NCBI GenBank assembly: GCA_030141605.1
Contig: JAQGDQ010000142.1
Span: forward strand, 1 to 64,000
Direction of reading: 5' to 3'
Length of the DNA stretch: 64,000 nt
Source: Tubiluchus corallicola
Lineage: Eukaryota > Animalia > Priapulida
In this document: positions 1-15,900 of the stretch, piece after piece
Layout of the letters: each line of letters begins with the position of its first letter
Position numbering within the stretch: the stretch's first letter is position 1
The notes under the pieces: model-generated
Database searches by the model: none
The model's input: only the letters and a program-made list of their open reading frames with translations
Told to the model about the DNA's origin: nothing
Translations under genes and position numbers: made by a program

Positions 1-930
1 TGTTGTAAAAAGTAAATTGCCAAGGGCTATCCATCATTATAAAGTTACTTTTTTCTAAAACAAATTTAGTTTTACGTTTTGTTATGTTATAGATCACGAT
101 TTTTGACAAAAATATCCAATGCCCTACTTGGGCTTCCCATGTACAACACTGCTTTTCCACAAATTTAGCACATTCGTTTTACCTGAAGTGTCCTACTTCG
201 GCTGGTGGGTTACTTGGCGCCCTACACTCTGTGTTTTAAAAATCTGAATGACTTGAATGTCCTTAATAGCTTTAGTTTCACCAGTGTATATAAACATAGT
301 AGTACTGCTAGGCTCAAATGCATAATGTAATACAATGAGAAATGGACGTCCGTGTGCACAAGGGAAAAACAGAACAGCATCGTTGTTTTACAAAACATTT
401 TGCAAACAAACACTGCTTGATGTGCGAAATGAAAGCAAGTATTTTGCTTGCTGTGTGCATTAGTTGTTTCATGATACACAAAACAGCTGTAGTGCGACAG
501 CTAACGAGCAATTGGAAACACATTACAAATACGGTTAAAGTTCTACTTCGCGTGCATTTTTGTTTCGTATTTTTGGTAGACATTGTTTAGCGTTTCTTAT
601 TTTTTCTTTTCTCTGTGAGCTAAGCTTAATATACCACGATTAGGGTATCATGATGATTTGTTTGTATAAAAGTATGTATTTATAAAAGCATAAATAAAAA
701 AATATAACTATAAAAAATATATAAAAGCATAAATTTAGATGGGTAAAAACCACTTGGACAGACATACTAAAAGGCATACTATAATTATAATCGTAGCATG
801 TTGAGCAAAACGAAAGTTATGGAAGTTATTTCAGGTGAATTTATGGAATTTACTATTAAAAGCTGCCTTCTGAAATTAACACATTTAAAAAAATATAATT
901 CAAATGTACCATTTTAACCATTTTTTTCAG

Positions 931-3900
931 ATTCCTGAATTCGATAATTTGTATTTGGATATGAATGGCATCATTCATGTTTGTTCACACCCAAATGATG
1001 ATGACCCACATTTCCGTATTACTGAGGAGAAAATATTTAGAGACATTTTCCATTATTTAGAGGTAATTACTATCAAGCCTTAGCTTACATATTTGTAGCA
1101 GTTGTTTGTGTTTTCTCTTTGTAGGATGGGACAGACTTATTCTTATTTGCATATAAATTGATATCTAATACACACATTTCATTGCTTATTTTAAGGGTAA
1201 TTTTTTTTTGTAGATACTTGGGAATTTGCTTTTACCTACAGGTCTGCAATAGTCAGATTTCACAGAATTCAATGATGACAATCACATCATCACTTTTAGA
1301 TATGTTCGAACAATACTGATTTAAATGCATGTCAAGTATATAATTGCTAGATATTTTAAAAACAAGTAAATTTTTCATAGTTTTTGCACATAAACAACAG
1401 GGTAGTTAGCAGCCTGCATGTAGTAACTAATTATGCTTTGTCGTTCTTGACGTGTCGCCAAATTTATCTTATATTGTTTAGGTTTTGTTTCGAATTATCA
1501 AACCCCGGAAAGTATTTTTTATGGCTGTAGATGGCGTTGCACCTCGCGCAAAGATGAATCAGCAAAGAGGAAGGCGATTCAAGTAAAACATTCTGCATTA
1601 ATTTTATTGAGCTAATTGGTACTTTAGCATGAGCAAACGAATATTTGGAAATTGCTTGTTTAGTTGGCAGGTTACTGAAACTAAATCGGTCCTGGTCTGG
1701 TGGTCGTGTCAGTACATACCAATTGTTTCTCGTTCTAGGCTCAGTCTTGACATTTCTTTTTTTTGTTCAAGTTTGATTACAAGTATTCAGTAACTGTGGG
1801 TTCATTCTCTCATTGGCTAATAATCATAAAATTTAGATTATATGTTTATAATTTTGCATTAATTCATTTGAAAGCTTGTTGTTTATTTTGCACTGTTGAA
1901 GTAAAAAGAGTACCAAAAGAACGTTTATTTGTAAATGTTTTAACAGATCAGCTCGAGAAGCTGAGGACTTGATTAGGCAAGCTTTGGATAAAGGAGAAAC
2001 ACTTCCAGAAGAAGAACGATTTGACTCGAACTGTATTACTCCCGGTGAGTTTTGTCAAGCACATTGTTAGTAATGTTGCTTCATAGGTTTAAATGCCAAC
2101 ATGCACATGGTAGAGATGTCACGAATCCGAAATTACATTTTATAATAAATTTTGAATCTGCATCAAATCGAATTTCAGTTTAAAATAATGTTCAAAACCA
2201 AATTGAATTCGAATCTCGATTTTTTCGATACTTATTATACGTGAATCTTATTTGAATGGCTTAGAGTACCTGCACTTGATGTAGAAAATTCTGGTTGACA
2301 AAAAAGTAGGTTTGTCTAAGCCACATTCATCATATCACATGCTCGTCGCATCTGTTGTAGACATTCAGCAGGCAGAATTCTAAAATAGAAGTACTCCGCC
2401 TTTAAGACAGGTAAACACAGTAGTAATGCAGCAAGAACTAGTCACTACTAGTGGCTTGTCAGCACCACTTCTGTTCAAAGCCTCTTTATGTGCAGTATTG
2501 TGTTAAAATCTAATGTGGTGCGCGTTTTCATGTAGTATTTCATGAGTTGAACACATATTGAAACTGACTACGGTGACATTGACGCATTCCAAGTAGGACA
2601 AAATTATCAAAAAAGGCAACAAATTGAGTAATTTTGCCAAAAAATTTAAAAGTAAAAGAGTGTGTAATTGCTTTTGCGATAAAGCGCTACAGTATCACTT
2701 CTGCAGTTGAAGCTAAACAGTTCGGCAGAATCGGGTCAGATTTAAAGTAACATAGGACTTCAGCAAATCAAATTGAATCAAAGTTCCGATTCGGAATTCT
2801 TTTTTGAAACTCCAGTTTCGGCAGAGCTTCACAACATCATTTTATGATGTATCCAGACATCTGTTTAGGTATATTGGTAATTTTTATTGCCCGCACATCA
2901 GGTTTCGCAGGCAATTTCACCTGGTCACCAGTCGTATCACAGCGAATTTCAGTGATGTGAGAAGTATCGAACTTTAGCCATAAAGTTTCTAAATTGATAT
3001 CTTCCTAAAAATTAGGTTAAAAAGGTAAAACTCTTTTGAGTATGAAAGGAATATATGAGCCACTAAGCTATGACTTGCACACACGTTGGGGATGCAGGTC
3101 ATATTCAGATTGCCAACAATTTTCCTCTGAATATCAGTATAAAAATCCTATCTGGTAAACTTCGGTTACAATCACTAAAAGTTCGTTGAGCTTCTGTATA
3201 CCGAAGTTACTTCTTTTTATAATTGTCATATTAGGTGAAAATTACATTAAATAAACCGAATATTTCCTTATAGTACTCATAAGTAATCATTCTAGTTTAT
3301 AAGGTTAAAAATTTTTTGTGTTTTTTGTTCATCTAGGTACAGAATTCATGGATAGACTTCACAAACAGTTGCAGTATTTCGTGCATATGAAAATAACAAA
3401 TGACAGACTGTGGCAGGGAGTTAATGTTTATCTGTCTGGACACGAGGTAAGTCTTGTTAATTGAAGCAAACAAAATTCTCCCACGGATTCAAAAACCTGT
3501 TTGCTAGAATAATTGTTGTGTTTTGCTAGAATAATTTTTTCTGTTTCCTGTTTTCTTTAGACACCAGGAGAAGGTGAACACAAGATAATGGAGTATATAC
3601 GTTACACTAGGTCTCAACCAGGTTACGACCCAAATACGAGACATTGTCTTTATGGCCTCGATGCTGATTTGGTAAATTAATTGTTAACACTAGCTGTATT
3701 TTTCATCTTCTGTTTTATGGCTGTTTGGTGGAGTAACTTCAAACTTGAGACTCAAGACCAAATATTCTGAGCCTTAAATAGAGATTGAAAGATTTAAACA
3801 TGGGAGAGCTACTGAGATTTACGGAATTTATTTTTGAAAAGAGAATTCTTTAAAAGCTTTTTATTTGGTAAGATGTGGAATTTTTATAAAAGCACTACAG

Positions 3901-6900
3901 CCTGTAAACAGCATTGCAGATTTTCCTAGAACTGTTCTAATAGCTTATTTATTGTGTTTCGTTATTTTCTTAAGTATCAAAAATATCTTTCTCACTTAGA
4001 ATTCTGAAGAGGTAACAATGTGCCTTTGTGTAAACAACTTAATCTATATATTATTTTGGAAGAATGCTGTGGTCTCCAATGACTTTCTTTTCAAAACAGA
4101 TCAACACTGCAGTCAAACTTCTCTTGCTGGTTCTTTATGTCTGTATGACGTGTTCCGACATAGTTCTGTCTATGCATCGAATTGATTGCTTGAATTTTTC
4201 TCTGTAGATTATGCTTGGTCTGACAACACACGAGCCTCATTTTGCTCTACTTAGAGAGGAAGTACGATTTGGAAAGGGAAATCAGACACGGTAAAAATTT
4301 GTTATGTTGCTGTTTGTTGGTAAAGCATAGCATTTAGTTAATATTTTAACTTTTTTTTATTTGCACAGTAGTTTTACTTAATGCTTTTCTTACAGTTTCT
4401 ACTTTTCTTAGTCACTTTATTTTCAAGGGTGTTTTATACCATGATTTCTGTACATCTTATCATGTCATAATGATTATTTATTTTCAATGATTCTCTACTA
4501 TGTGGCTGCAGGCAACTTGCTGTTTGGGGATTAAGTTCCCTGCTACTGGACCTGGCGCGCTAGTGAAGGCTTAATATTTTTGGCCTTTTTCTGTTCTTTG
4601 TGTGCCTTTTTACTTTTTCTTTATTGTACTTTTTGCCTGAATAAATAATAATATATATAATACATATAACACACATATAAAATATTATACATAAGTGTTT
4701 ATACAATTAATTGTTTTATATCTTTGCAGGGTTATATGTCCTGAAGACACTGTTTTTCATCTTTTACATTTATCACTGATGCGCGAATACCTGGAATTAG
4801 AATTCTCTCAGTTGAAGCAGACTCTTCCCTTTCCGTTTGATCTGGAAGCTGTGATTGATGATTGGGTTCTGATGGGATTTCTCGTGGGTAATGACTTCAT
4901 ACCTCACCTTCCTCGAATGCACATCAAGCACAATGCGCTGCCTCAGTTGTACAAGATGTATATGAAAGTGTTACCTACGCTTGATGGTAAGAACTGATAA
5001 ATGTATATTTTGTTATGCAGTTGTTGTCAGGTGGACTGATTAAACAATTTTAGAGAATCTTTTGATTCTTGAGTCTCTGATTATCGGACAGGAAGAAAAA
5101 ACATCTCTGAATAGCGCTGACCTCTTGATCTCATTTAAGCTTTTCTAATAGTACCAAAGAGACTTCGCCTCTCAGTGAATATTTCACTGATTCAAATGTT
5201 TTTGTACATTACTCAGATTCAGGGATGTTACCGAAACACAAATTACAAACCGAAACCGAAATTTATGAAACGTAGGAAACAGATGCTGAAATGAAACCGA
5301 ACCAAAATCATTTTTCTAAACCAGCTACTATCAAAACTGAAAAATTCTGAAATAAATAAAATACTTTGCTTTAACTATCAAAACAGAAAAATTGTGAAAT
5401 GTAAATAAAATACTTTGTTTTTGCTTGTTTTCTTATATTTGCTCTGATTGCAAGCTTCACTGAAGTAGCTAAGCAAAAAATCCTAACCAGAAACGTACAA
5501 CAAGGTTTATGGTTAAAGATCATGAAGTCTTGACAGTCATATTTTGCCATATTTTCAGATCCAAAGCTTTTATTTTTTTGTTGCTGTAGGGTATTTAAAT
5601 GAAGGAGGATACTTAAACTTGAAGAGATTTGAGCAGTACATACAAGCATTAGCCCAGGTATTGTTTTGCTATCTTAATACAGGGATGAGAATTTTCCGCG
5701 GATACGCGGAATTCCGAGTTTTTGGAAGACCAGTAGTGCGATTTTTGTAAATCACGTAAATTCATTGAGAAAATTTTTACGATCCCAGTAAATTATTTCA
5801 CAAACTGACCGCTAGTTGGCAGGCCGTCACTTTGTTTACATCACGTACATCAGTGTAACCACATGTATATCTCTATGTATAAAAATGTGGAATCAATTGT
5901 GTGGAGTTATTTGAGTCAACTGCAGACAGTTTTTATATACTTTTGCAATGGAGCGGCCAGTACTTAGGCGTTTTTGAGACAATTAGGTATCATGTATCCT
6001 TGATAGTTGTGTATTTTAAATTATGCATGAAACAAGGTAATTGATATTTAAGTCGACTTAGAGGCTCTCTATGGTTACAAAATTGCAATTTGTTGTTGGC
6101 TCCAAGGGGGCTTTGGCCCGCCTAGTGGCCCCAAAAGCCCCGGGCCTGTTTCAGAGTTTTTTGCAATTTGTCATTCTCATCCCTGTTAATAACTTACTTT
6201 GAACAATATGGTAAAAGCAGCATAATTTTATTTTGATATATCATTGCAATGAATTTATGTTTTTCTTTGTTTATCTAGTATGATTTGGACAGTTTTGAAG
6301 AGGAAGCTGCTGATATGAGATGGTTTCTTGGCAAATGTAACAAATCAAAAAAGGGTGCAAAAGACATGCTTGAAGCAAAGGTATTGGTGTTGATTTTAAT
6401 GTTTGATAGTTTTCCTGGCATTTTTGCATATCTCATGGCGAGTTGCTGCTTGTATTAAGAAAGTCTAAAGTTTCAGTCTAAATTCCGGAAAATTTGATGT
6501 TTTCAAGAAGGCAAGGAGTCTGAAGTTATTCTAGATTCCTAATTATGTTAGATTTGGTTGTACCAAATATAGTTGTTTAAAATTTGATGTTTTCAAGAAG
6601 GCAAGAAATGTATAAGTAGTAAAAAATTTCAAGTATTAGTCTAAAATAGCTTTACACATAAAGAGTGTTTAACTCTAGTTAGCAAGAATAGCATGCCTTG
6701 GGTTAATTAGCTATGTCCCTCCTGGTATATGAAACTGTGTTTGCATACATGCCAACAGATGGAGTCTACCAGCTTTTGAGTTACAAAGCTCACATACACA
6801 GGTTGAGTCAAAACAATGATCAGAGCAGATTTTATGGTGAAAACCGTAAATCACGTCTTGTTGTGACATTACTGGTATATTATAATTAATATGTACAATC

Positions 6901-9900
6901 CCAACTAGAGTCTACCTGGTCTTTGATAATTTCTGAGTACTTACAGAATTCTCAAGTTTGGGATAGTTTGAAGGATTTTCAAATTTCAGTGGTAAACATT
7001 CTGCATTGCACAACATGAAAGTTTTCATAATGACATATTTACAGATAGCATCAGGAACCTTTTTAAAAACCTTCCTATAATCAAGCCTACTTTCAAAATT
7101 TTGCACAAGGCAAGATATCATTCATTCTAGGTTCCTAATGTTGCATAATAATTGCCTCCAAGTAATTGAATTTAGTGTTACTGTTTCGGGTATTTTCTGC
7201 AATTGCTTTCAAATGCAGCTAGTTAGCTCTACAAATAGTGTCTTGCAAAGTAACTTTGCTACAAGTATGAATTAACCAGAGCCACATTTAACTTATAACT
7301 TACTTGGTTTTATTTTCTTAATCCTGTCCTTCCAAAAGCTAGTCAGAAAATTTAAACAAAATATTGTTACTTGGTAGTTTGCTTAGAAATCGGGCTGATT
7401 TCGCAAAACCATCACTAAGTTAACAATGTTGTTATTACAGTCATCTAAATGTCACTAATGACATTGATAACTTAGTGATGGCTGTGTGAAAGTGGGCACT
7501 GAGCCATGGCATATCTGTGAATAAAGTTTTAACTGTTGGTAATTTTGAAGAAAGTAAAAGGAAAAAAAGTTACTTGAGCAAAGTAAATGAACTTATTTAT
7601 AATTTTGTGAATATAACATCTAACTGTAGCCATTTACTTTTGAAAAATTACTTGTGCAACATTGAAAAATTCTTGTGAGTTAGGTGCGACTTTCGAAGAT
7701 GGTGTATTTGTTTTTTTTATGAAGCCTACAATTTAATTTTTGGTAAGTCAATGTATACCGGATGTGACATAGTTAAAGATGGTACAAGTATTTTATGACA
7801 TGCCAAATGACTAAACTGTGTTGCATAATTGGTTTATTTCAAGGAAAAATCAGAAAACGTCTTTGACGTACTCATGGACATTGATAGAGAAGGTGAAACA
7901 GAAGAGGAAACTGTATCACGACTTAGAGAGCTAGGTAAATTGCACAAATCGATGTGATGTTTTATATACCATTAGTGTTTATTATGTTTATTATTGCAAA
8001 GTTTTGCATTGTATTATTTGATTATACTAATAGGCAAGTAATACTTTACCTCTAGCAAACATTTCTGTTACTAATTGTGTTTTGTTTTGATTTATAGTTG
8101 TAAATACAATAATTGTCTTTTCTGTTTCTCTTTTTCTGTAATATTGACCAAGTTTCATGAGAATTTTTAATTTTGAATTTCCTAGATTTTTACTTTATCC
8201 TTTTTAACGTAAGCGTCACATCTGCTTCGTTCTTGGTGCAGTGCAAAACACCAAGGCACCTTGTATGTAGTGGTGTGTTGAGTTTGATCACTTACCTATT
8301 TGAACTACTATCATGCCAATTATTACAGATAATTATAGTTCTACTGATTTGATGCTTCTAAATTTTTTTGGTGCTTTATATGAATGTTGTGTTGTTTTGT
8401 CGCTGGCATAAAATGTGAACATAATGTAAATTATAGCGTAATGACTAAATCGTACAGTTTCATTAAATGAATAGTTACTTTTGTTTATTATAGCCTATAT
8501 CATATGCAACTTAAATATTCTATTTTTTTTTCTAAAGTCTTTTCAAGTTATTGTGTGCCTTCTCTGCAGGTATGAATATCCCTGATAATTGTAGCGATGA
8601 TGAAGATGAGGCAGCAAACGATGATGATTACGATCCTGCCATGGCGTTGATGATGCTGGAATTTCAGCAGCATAAGCGCGATTATTACATGAACAAACTT
8701 GCTTACGAAAGAGTGACTCCGTAAGTTGGAATCTCCTCTGTGATGTTTGGCATTAATGACACTCTGAGTTTCAATAACATAAATGTGATTGTTGCACAAA
8801 CAGACTGTCCCATGAAGAAGTGATACCCTAAGCTTAAGCTTTTTCTATCTGATACCAGCTGCTCAGCAGTTTGTTGCAATATGTAATGGGATTATCCAAT
8901 TTCTTGCTATTTTTTGCAATAGTTTGCTTTTATTTTGTGCTGTAAAGAATAGTTTTTCTTCGTGTGACATTTGACAGCTATTAAGATTTTTTCTGTTCAG
9001 TTTGTTTTCCCTTTATGTGGCATGTGGTAAAGAGTTTTCATGTGAAGCATATCTTATTGATTGGATGCATGTTCCTCATGTATACTAACTTATGATTGTT
9101 CAGGGAAGTATTAAAGAATCAAGCATATGGTTACATAGAAGCACTGCAGTGGAATTTACATTACTACTATCACGGTGTGCAGTCATGGAGTTGGTAAGTT
9201 AATCTTAGTCTTAGTTTGAGTGAGTAATCTTTTGTTTCTTCACATTGCAAAGTGTTCATCAGTTGTTTGAAATAAGTATTTCTACTACTGTTTAATGAGC
9301 AGTTTTCATTGTCATGATTTGAATGCAAAATGCAGTATAAAAGTGGGTGATGTGATAGTGATGAATGACTTACTTTCTCAGCTGGTTGCTAACAAGTATG
9401 CATGCCTTTATAGTAAAATTTGGCAAATGAAAATCACTAAGCACTTTCCATAGAATTAAGAAAAATTTTATTCCTCAGGTACTAGTTAAACTAAATGTAA
9501 TAATTCTTACATTAATCTTAAACCTTTTTTTTGTAGTGTACTGACCTTGAATGAGTAAGATTAAATCTTGCTATTTTCATTTGTTCTTAAAACTCGTGAT
9601 TTTAATCTTTTTACTCTCTATGTATGCCGGATATATCTGACGCTGCGTCAGTAACTTATACACTGTCACTGGGACCACACCTAAGGTGTACCTGCTAGTT
9701 TGAGACAGGCATCATACTAGAGCAGTTTGTACAAATCACCTGTTGGTGACACACTGATCTTGGATAGTGCAATTGCACTAGTTCAATGGACTCTGTATTC
9801 GTTTAGTTTTTGCATTAAATTATAACAGTTTTACTAATAACCTTTTTGGCTTTTTACAGTTTTGTGAACGAATTTGTGCTTGCTGCATTTAAAAGCTAAT

Positions 9901-12900
9901 GAAATTTTTTTACAAGGTCAAGATAGGCCAAGATAGTAAAAAATCAGCCAAGTGACATCATAGGACTGTTGTAAAACGTTGTCATGATAGGCCTGAATAA
10001 GATTGATCAGAGACAGTGAAATAAATCATTTATCATATTGTCTCGAAGACATTTTCAATTCAAAATGTTATTGTATGTAAACGTACCTTCGTACTCGCAA
10101 AATAGAAAAATATAACTGGAGTACAGCAAGCATATGTATGTGGGAGTCAAGGAATTAAATGCCATTTTTAAATTGTTTGCAAAAACTAAGACAGTATATA
10201 TATATATATAATAGGACAATTGTTGGTTTTCACCAGTGATAAGAACATAAAACTTGATTTTGAATACCAAATACCATTTTATTACAAGCACAGTGAAACT
10301 GTGTTTACCACATAACCTTAACGGGTGGATCAGAATTCACTTAGAGAGCAGAGAGCTGGTAATATTTTAACATTTTAGGAATTCATCCCCCATTTGATCC
10401 TAAAATTGAAAGGTTTATGTAGGGCGCCCTTAAAAAAGGTGTTCGCATTTTGAAAATTTTGAATTTTTGCCCTACTTTCTTTAGCAGTTATAATGACACA
10501 TCAGAAATAAAAAAAGTAATCAACAACGTCGAAGGAAAAGAATGTTGCCCTGCTTGGTGGTTTGTAAAAACATAAATGATTTCTCAGAGGATTGTTAGAA
10601 CTTGCTATTAGAGTATTATTAGAATAAAGGATTATGTTCTTACTCTGATGACATAGTTGCAGTTCCAGTTTGAAGTGTGTGGAGAGCAGTTACCTTGCCT
10701 GCTTAACTAAAAGAAGAATAAGCATATTAAGAAACTCACATTTTATAGGTTCTATCCTCATCATTATGCTCCGTACATTTCTGACATCAAAGATTTTGCG
10801 GGCATGGAGTTAAAATTTGAGAAAGGCAAACCATTTTTACCATATGAACAGTTGTTAGCTGTTTTACCTGCGGCTAGCAAAAGTCTTCTACCAAAGGCAT
10901 TTCAGGTATGTTTTAATTTAGTAAAACTGCAAAACAACTTCTAAAGGATGCAGTAGAAGTTTTTGGTGTTTATAGCCAACTATACTGGATTGATATATAA
11001 TCTAAATGATGCACTTCTTAGCGAACTGGCTATGGCTCAACTGAATTTCGCGGCTATAAATATAAATATATTTTTTATATTGTTTGAGGTTACTCGTTTT
11101 TCCATGTGATCCTTTTGTGAATATCCAGATGTGTAGTTGTAGTATTAGATTTTATTATGGTTTTATTATTGAATGTATTCAGTGAATCCTTATCTATCAA
11201 CATATTGAATTGCTATCTTAATTTGATTAACATTTTTTTCTGAAATTCTTTAGGGTCTAATGACGAGTGATAATTCTCCTGTTCGCGATTTTTACCCGGT
11301 TGAGTTTGAGACTGATCTTAATGGAAAACAACATCAATGGGAAGCGGTGGTCCTAATTCCATTCATTGAAGAGGTTTGCTTAAGAGATTTAATTTAATTT
11401 GTCTAGTGACACTGCAAAAGAGCATGACAAAGTGGTGTCAGTGTTTGCTCAAAATGTACGAAGCCATACTAAATTAGAAAGTCTGAAATTTTTTTTTTTT
11501 GCATAGCCACTGGAACTCGAACGCAAGACCTTTTGATATAGTTTGACATATCTGATGATTGCATTATGTATATGCCTATTAATGTGGGAGATTGAGATGA
11601 GCACTCTCATCAAATACGTTAAAGAAGTGATGCATTGCTCTTTCATCAGAATTGGGATTTGGGATTGTCACATTTCTTGCATATTAATAATTGTGAGCTG
11701 TTATCTTGTTCTCTGTTTTAACATGTGTCTCAGTGACCAAGTATTATACACCAAGCATTAATATTTGACAAGTAACCATCGTCTTTTTTGCAGGAACGTT
11801 TACTTGAGGCAATGGATCGTTTCTATGACGAATTGACACCCGAAGAACGTGTGAGGAACAAACATGGTCCTTGTTACTTGTATGAGTATTTGGATGACCC
11901 TATTGGCACTTATCCGTCCAGCCATAGTGGTTTTCCAGATATAGTAAACAGTCATGCAAAGTAAGTTTTCTTTTAAACATACGTTCAGAAATAGTGTGAA
12001 AATTATTAGAAAAGGTAATAAATGTGTCTTTTAGTTTATGCCTCATATTTGCCTGCCGCACACAGGCAGATTAGCAGATAGTAGAATCTATTAAAGAGCA
12101 GGATGTGCTTGCAAAGTTGCTGTGTTAATGTGTTAGTATAATTTAACTTTGCCCTTGACTACTTAGCAATTTCGATGCTTGGTAATGTTTAAAAATTATA
12201 TTATCCTATTTCATTATGCCAACAACTATTAGAAAATTAATTAAGACACAAGTCACATTAATTAATCATTATCCACCTTAGCTTGTATTCAGGTATTTTT
12301 GTTTCTACTATTGTAATTTATTCATGAATTTTTGCTAGGTGCACCGACATTGAAATTTCCAGGTTTGTCATGCATGACTTTACCAAAGTAAAGAAAGGAT
12401 TACTAGAAGGTGTTAAGCATAGTGTTTACTTTCCTGGTTTTCCTACAATGAAACATCTCAAGTATACTGTAAGTGTGACAAACATACATTTTACAGTTAG
12501 TCCTGATTTCTTTAGCATGTCTTATCGGCTAAAACGTTAACTAGTTATAGGCTAAAATAACTGGCTTTTGTAAGCATAGTAGTAGTGGTTGTGGTAACAG
12601 CAGTGGTACTGGAACTGGCAGTGATAGTGTTGTACTAAAAGTAGTTGTTATAGCAGTCAGCAAGAACATTGTCTACTTTCATAGTCTTAATTTTAGTTTT
12701 AGTAATTTATTGAAGTATCCAAAATGATTGCAATTATGGGTGCCCAAAGACTGGTACATTATGAATTGTCAGTCATATATGTAGTTCCCAGTTGGTTATT
12801 TTTTTTGAAACTGTGCAATTATAAAAAAAATAATTAGCATTAATTGTACAATCTTGACTTTTTTATACAGTCATGATTATTTGATGAGCTTCAGTTAGAT

Positions 12901-15900
12901 AGTGATCAATTTGACAAGCTAATAAAAGCTTGACAATGTCAGTTCAAATACAATGGTATAGTAATTGACTACTTTATTTTAGAATACCTATTGTACTCAT
13001 TAATTATTTCAGGCTGAGCTTAGAAAGGAAGGAGTCAAAGTGTTCCAGATGAATAGCAACAGTGACAACATGATGTTACATCTTCAGATGGAACCCACAC
13101 CTGTAAGCTAATACTGTTAATCTACTTGCATGTTTTCAAGTTAAACTAACTGCAACACTTATTGTTGACACAAAAATTAGTAAAAAGGCCTCAAAATATA
13201 ATTTTTCATGATTTCGTTGCAACTGTAGGATTTGGAAAAGCTGTCTCATGAAATCCTGGGAAAGTCGATATACATCAACTGGCCACATTTGGTTGAAGCT
13301 CGTGTCTTTTCCGTTTCCAGCAAAACTACACGGTAATGTCGTTATTTGTTATTTAATTAATGTAAACACATATTACATATTATAAAACCGGAAATTATGT
13401 AGTTATGTTCTATTGGTGTATGTCCCATTATCACATTATTATTAAGCTATTTTGGAAAGTATTATAGACAGTGAGCTTGAAGGTTATAAAAAATGTACAT
13501 TTTCTGCAGCTTGGCACTCTGTAAGCTGAGGTACATCACGCCGTAGCAAGGCCTACTTAATGCAGATAGTTGTGACAGGACTGGGATCTAGATAATTAAG
13601 GATAAATGTAGCCATTACATGTACTTTCTGTCGCATGTCTATGTGTAATGTTTGTTGTTTCACATATAAAGCAGAAATGTGATAAATTTACTTTATAACA
13701 CTTTTAGATGTGATAATGATATCTCTTTTTGTCTTCATGAATACGCTTTAGGTATTACATAGAAGAAAACAAGAACAGGGGAAAGAATGAGACACAAGAT
13801 GCAGTTCATGTAAGGTCGTCACCACTTGATGAAACTGGTAAACAAGTGTGGACGTTAGAAGCTTCTAGTATCGCAACCAGGTAATTTGTGTCATTCGTGT
13901 TATATTATATAGATGCGTTTTATTTCGTGTTATTTTAACACACGTTTTTTAATCATGTATGCTTGTTTTAAGTATTGATTTGTTACTTGTTTTAGTTTGC
14001 TAGTTTGCATTGGGTGATTAAGTTTTCGTTTTTGTTGATAAATTATGAGGTTTTAATAAACAGTGTAAAATTTTGTAAATTGTTTTGTAAACACATCTTA
14101 TCGTCTTGCTTATTGGTTCTGAACTCTGCAAGTCCATATTTAATGCTTTATAAATTTTCATTCACAACATATTTCACAACTATTATGTAAGTTATCTATC
14201 ATGGCAAATGGAATTTTCAACAAACAAATGTAAACAAAAACAAGTATGTGCTTTTTTGTAATTTAAACAAGGTCTGTTAGATCTTATTTGGACATGATAT
14301 TTTTGCTTTGTAGGTATAAAGGCAGATATGGTATCATCATTGGAGAAACAGAGATACTTTTAAGCTGCTGTCCTATCATGGGCCGCAAGTAGGTACATTT
14401 AAGTGATATATAATCTATATATAATAAGTTTTCATTTAATGATGCTTGTGACTTTCTGCAAAACAAATTAAGTGAAAAATCGTTAAATGTAATAATATCC
14501 TCTATGGGGAAATACTGTAGAAGTGTCAGTTGCATTCTGGGAACAAAAAGCAATAGTGTTTGGCTATATGAAAGCATTCACTTGTATTGCAGAGCAAAAA
14601 TTGGTAAAGCTTGGCACACAAATTAAACACCTTATGGCATTTATTTAATACTTGCAGTTATTATACATTATTTTAAACTAAAAGCTAGGGAATATAATGC
14701 ATTGTGAAAATTTAAATTTGAAACATAATAGCATTTACTTTGTTGCATACATGTATATTCCTTTATATGTGTATTTTTTAACTATGTCTGTTTTAAATAA
14801 TAAATTATGTATTTATAGATACTTGTGTGGTGTGGATGGGAAAATCACTTTGAAGAAGCAGTTTGAAGAGAGACCCGTTACCTATGCATATCAAGCTACA
14901 GTTAAAGTAATAATGTTTTTGTTGGTGCTTTTTGCTAGTGTTATGTGTTCGGCTCAAAAATCAGAAAGATTGAATCAGAATCAGTCAATAGCAAGGGTTA
15001 TTGTTGAGTGCCAGACCAAAAACTGATAATCACCGAAAGTTTCTGTGATTTTGTTTTTTTTTTGTACCAAGTTTATATTTTAAACACTGTAAACTTTTGT
15101 ATTACAGGATATAGCTGCCCAAGACCCATCCTTCAAACAGTTCAAAACACTTAATGAATTATTCACGGTTGGAGCTAAATGTTTCATGCTCGGTCATCCT
15201 CATTATGCAAGCATGGGTGAAGTATGTTATCCTTCAAAAAACATATTAGTTCTTACGATGCTTATACATGGATGGATATAGAATTTGTTGTGTTGTCTTA
15301 TGTCATATCATGTTAATTTTCGTTATATTAATGTTGCATTACGTTCTGCTGCACTTTGCTATGCTACGTTATGTAACGTTATGCCATATTATGTCATGTG
15401 CTATGTTGTGTTGTGTTGTGTTTAATTAACTCTCTTCAGGATATGTTTAGTTATGTTGTGTCATGCCATGTTATGTTATGTATGTTAATGTTACGTTACG
15501 TCTGTTACACTATACTATGCTACATTACGTTACATTATGTTATATTATGTCATATGCTATGCTGTATTGTGTTTAATTAGCTCGCATCAGGATAAGGTGA
15601 GTTTTTTCTAAATCAAAGTAATAAAACGTTCTTTATCTGTCAAGGTTATGGAAATTGATCCAAGACATGACGGAAGAATTCGCATAAGAGTGCCAGTTAT
15701 ACCGGAACCTGATATACAGTCTGTGATAGAACGAAAACACGTAAGCATTTTCTTACTTTGCTATTTATGTGTAAATGTGTAGAAGAGAAGATAAAGAAGT
15801 TATTGCCTATACACTTTGCTTGAAGGATTTTTTCTCACAATTTCACTTTTGATTATTATTTTTTCTTTTCTAAATAGGAACTAGAAACACTCTGGATGCC

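Noticed and set aside
222-590. Three overlapping Cys/His-containing ORFs in the first XRN1 intron
   Set aside because: No coherent zinc-finger or transposase pattern. Likely noise or a decayed repeat.
1272-1319. C/D-box snoRNA-like ATGATGA...CTGA in XRN1 intron
   Set aside because: Only ~48 nt, with no convincing terminal stem or recognisable rRNA guide.
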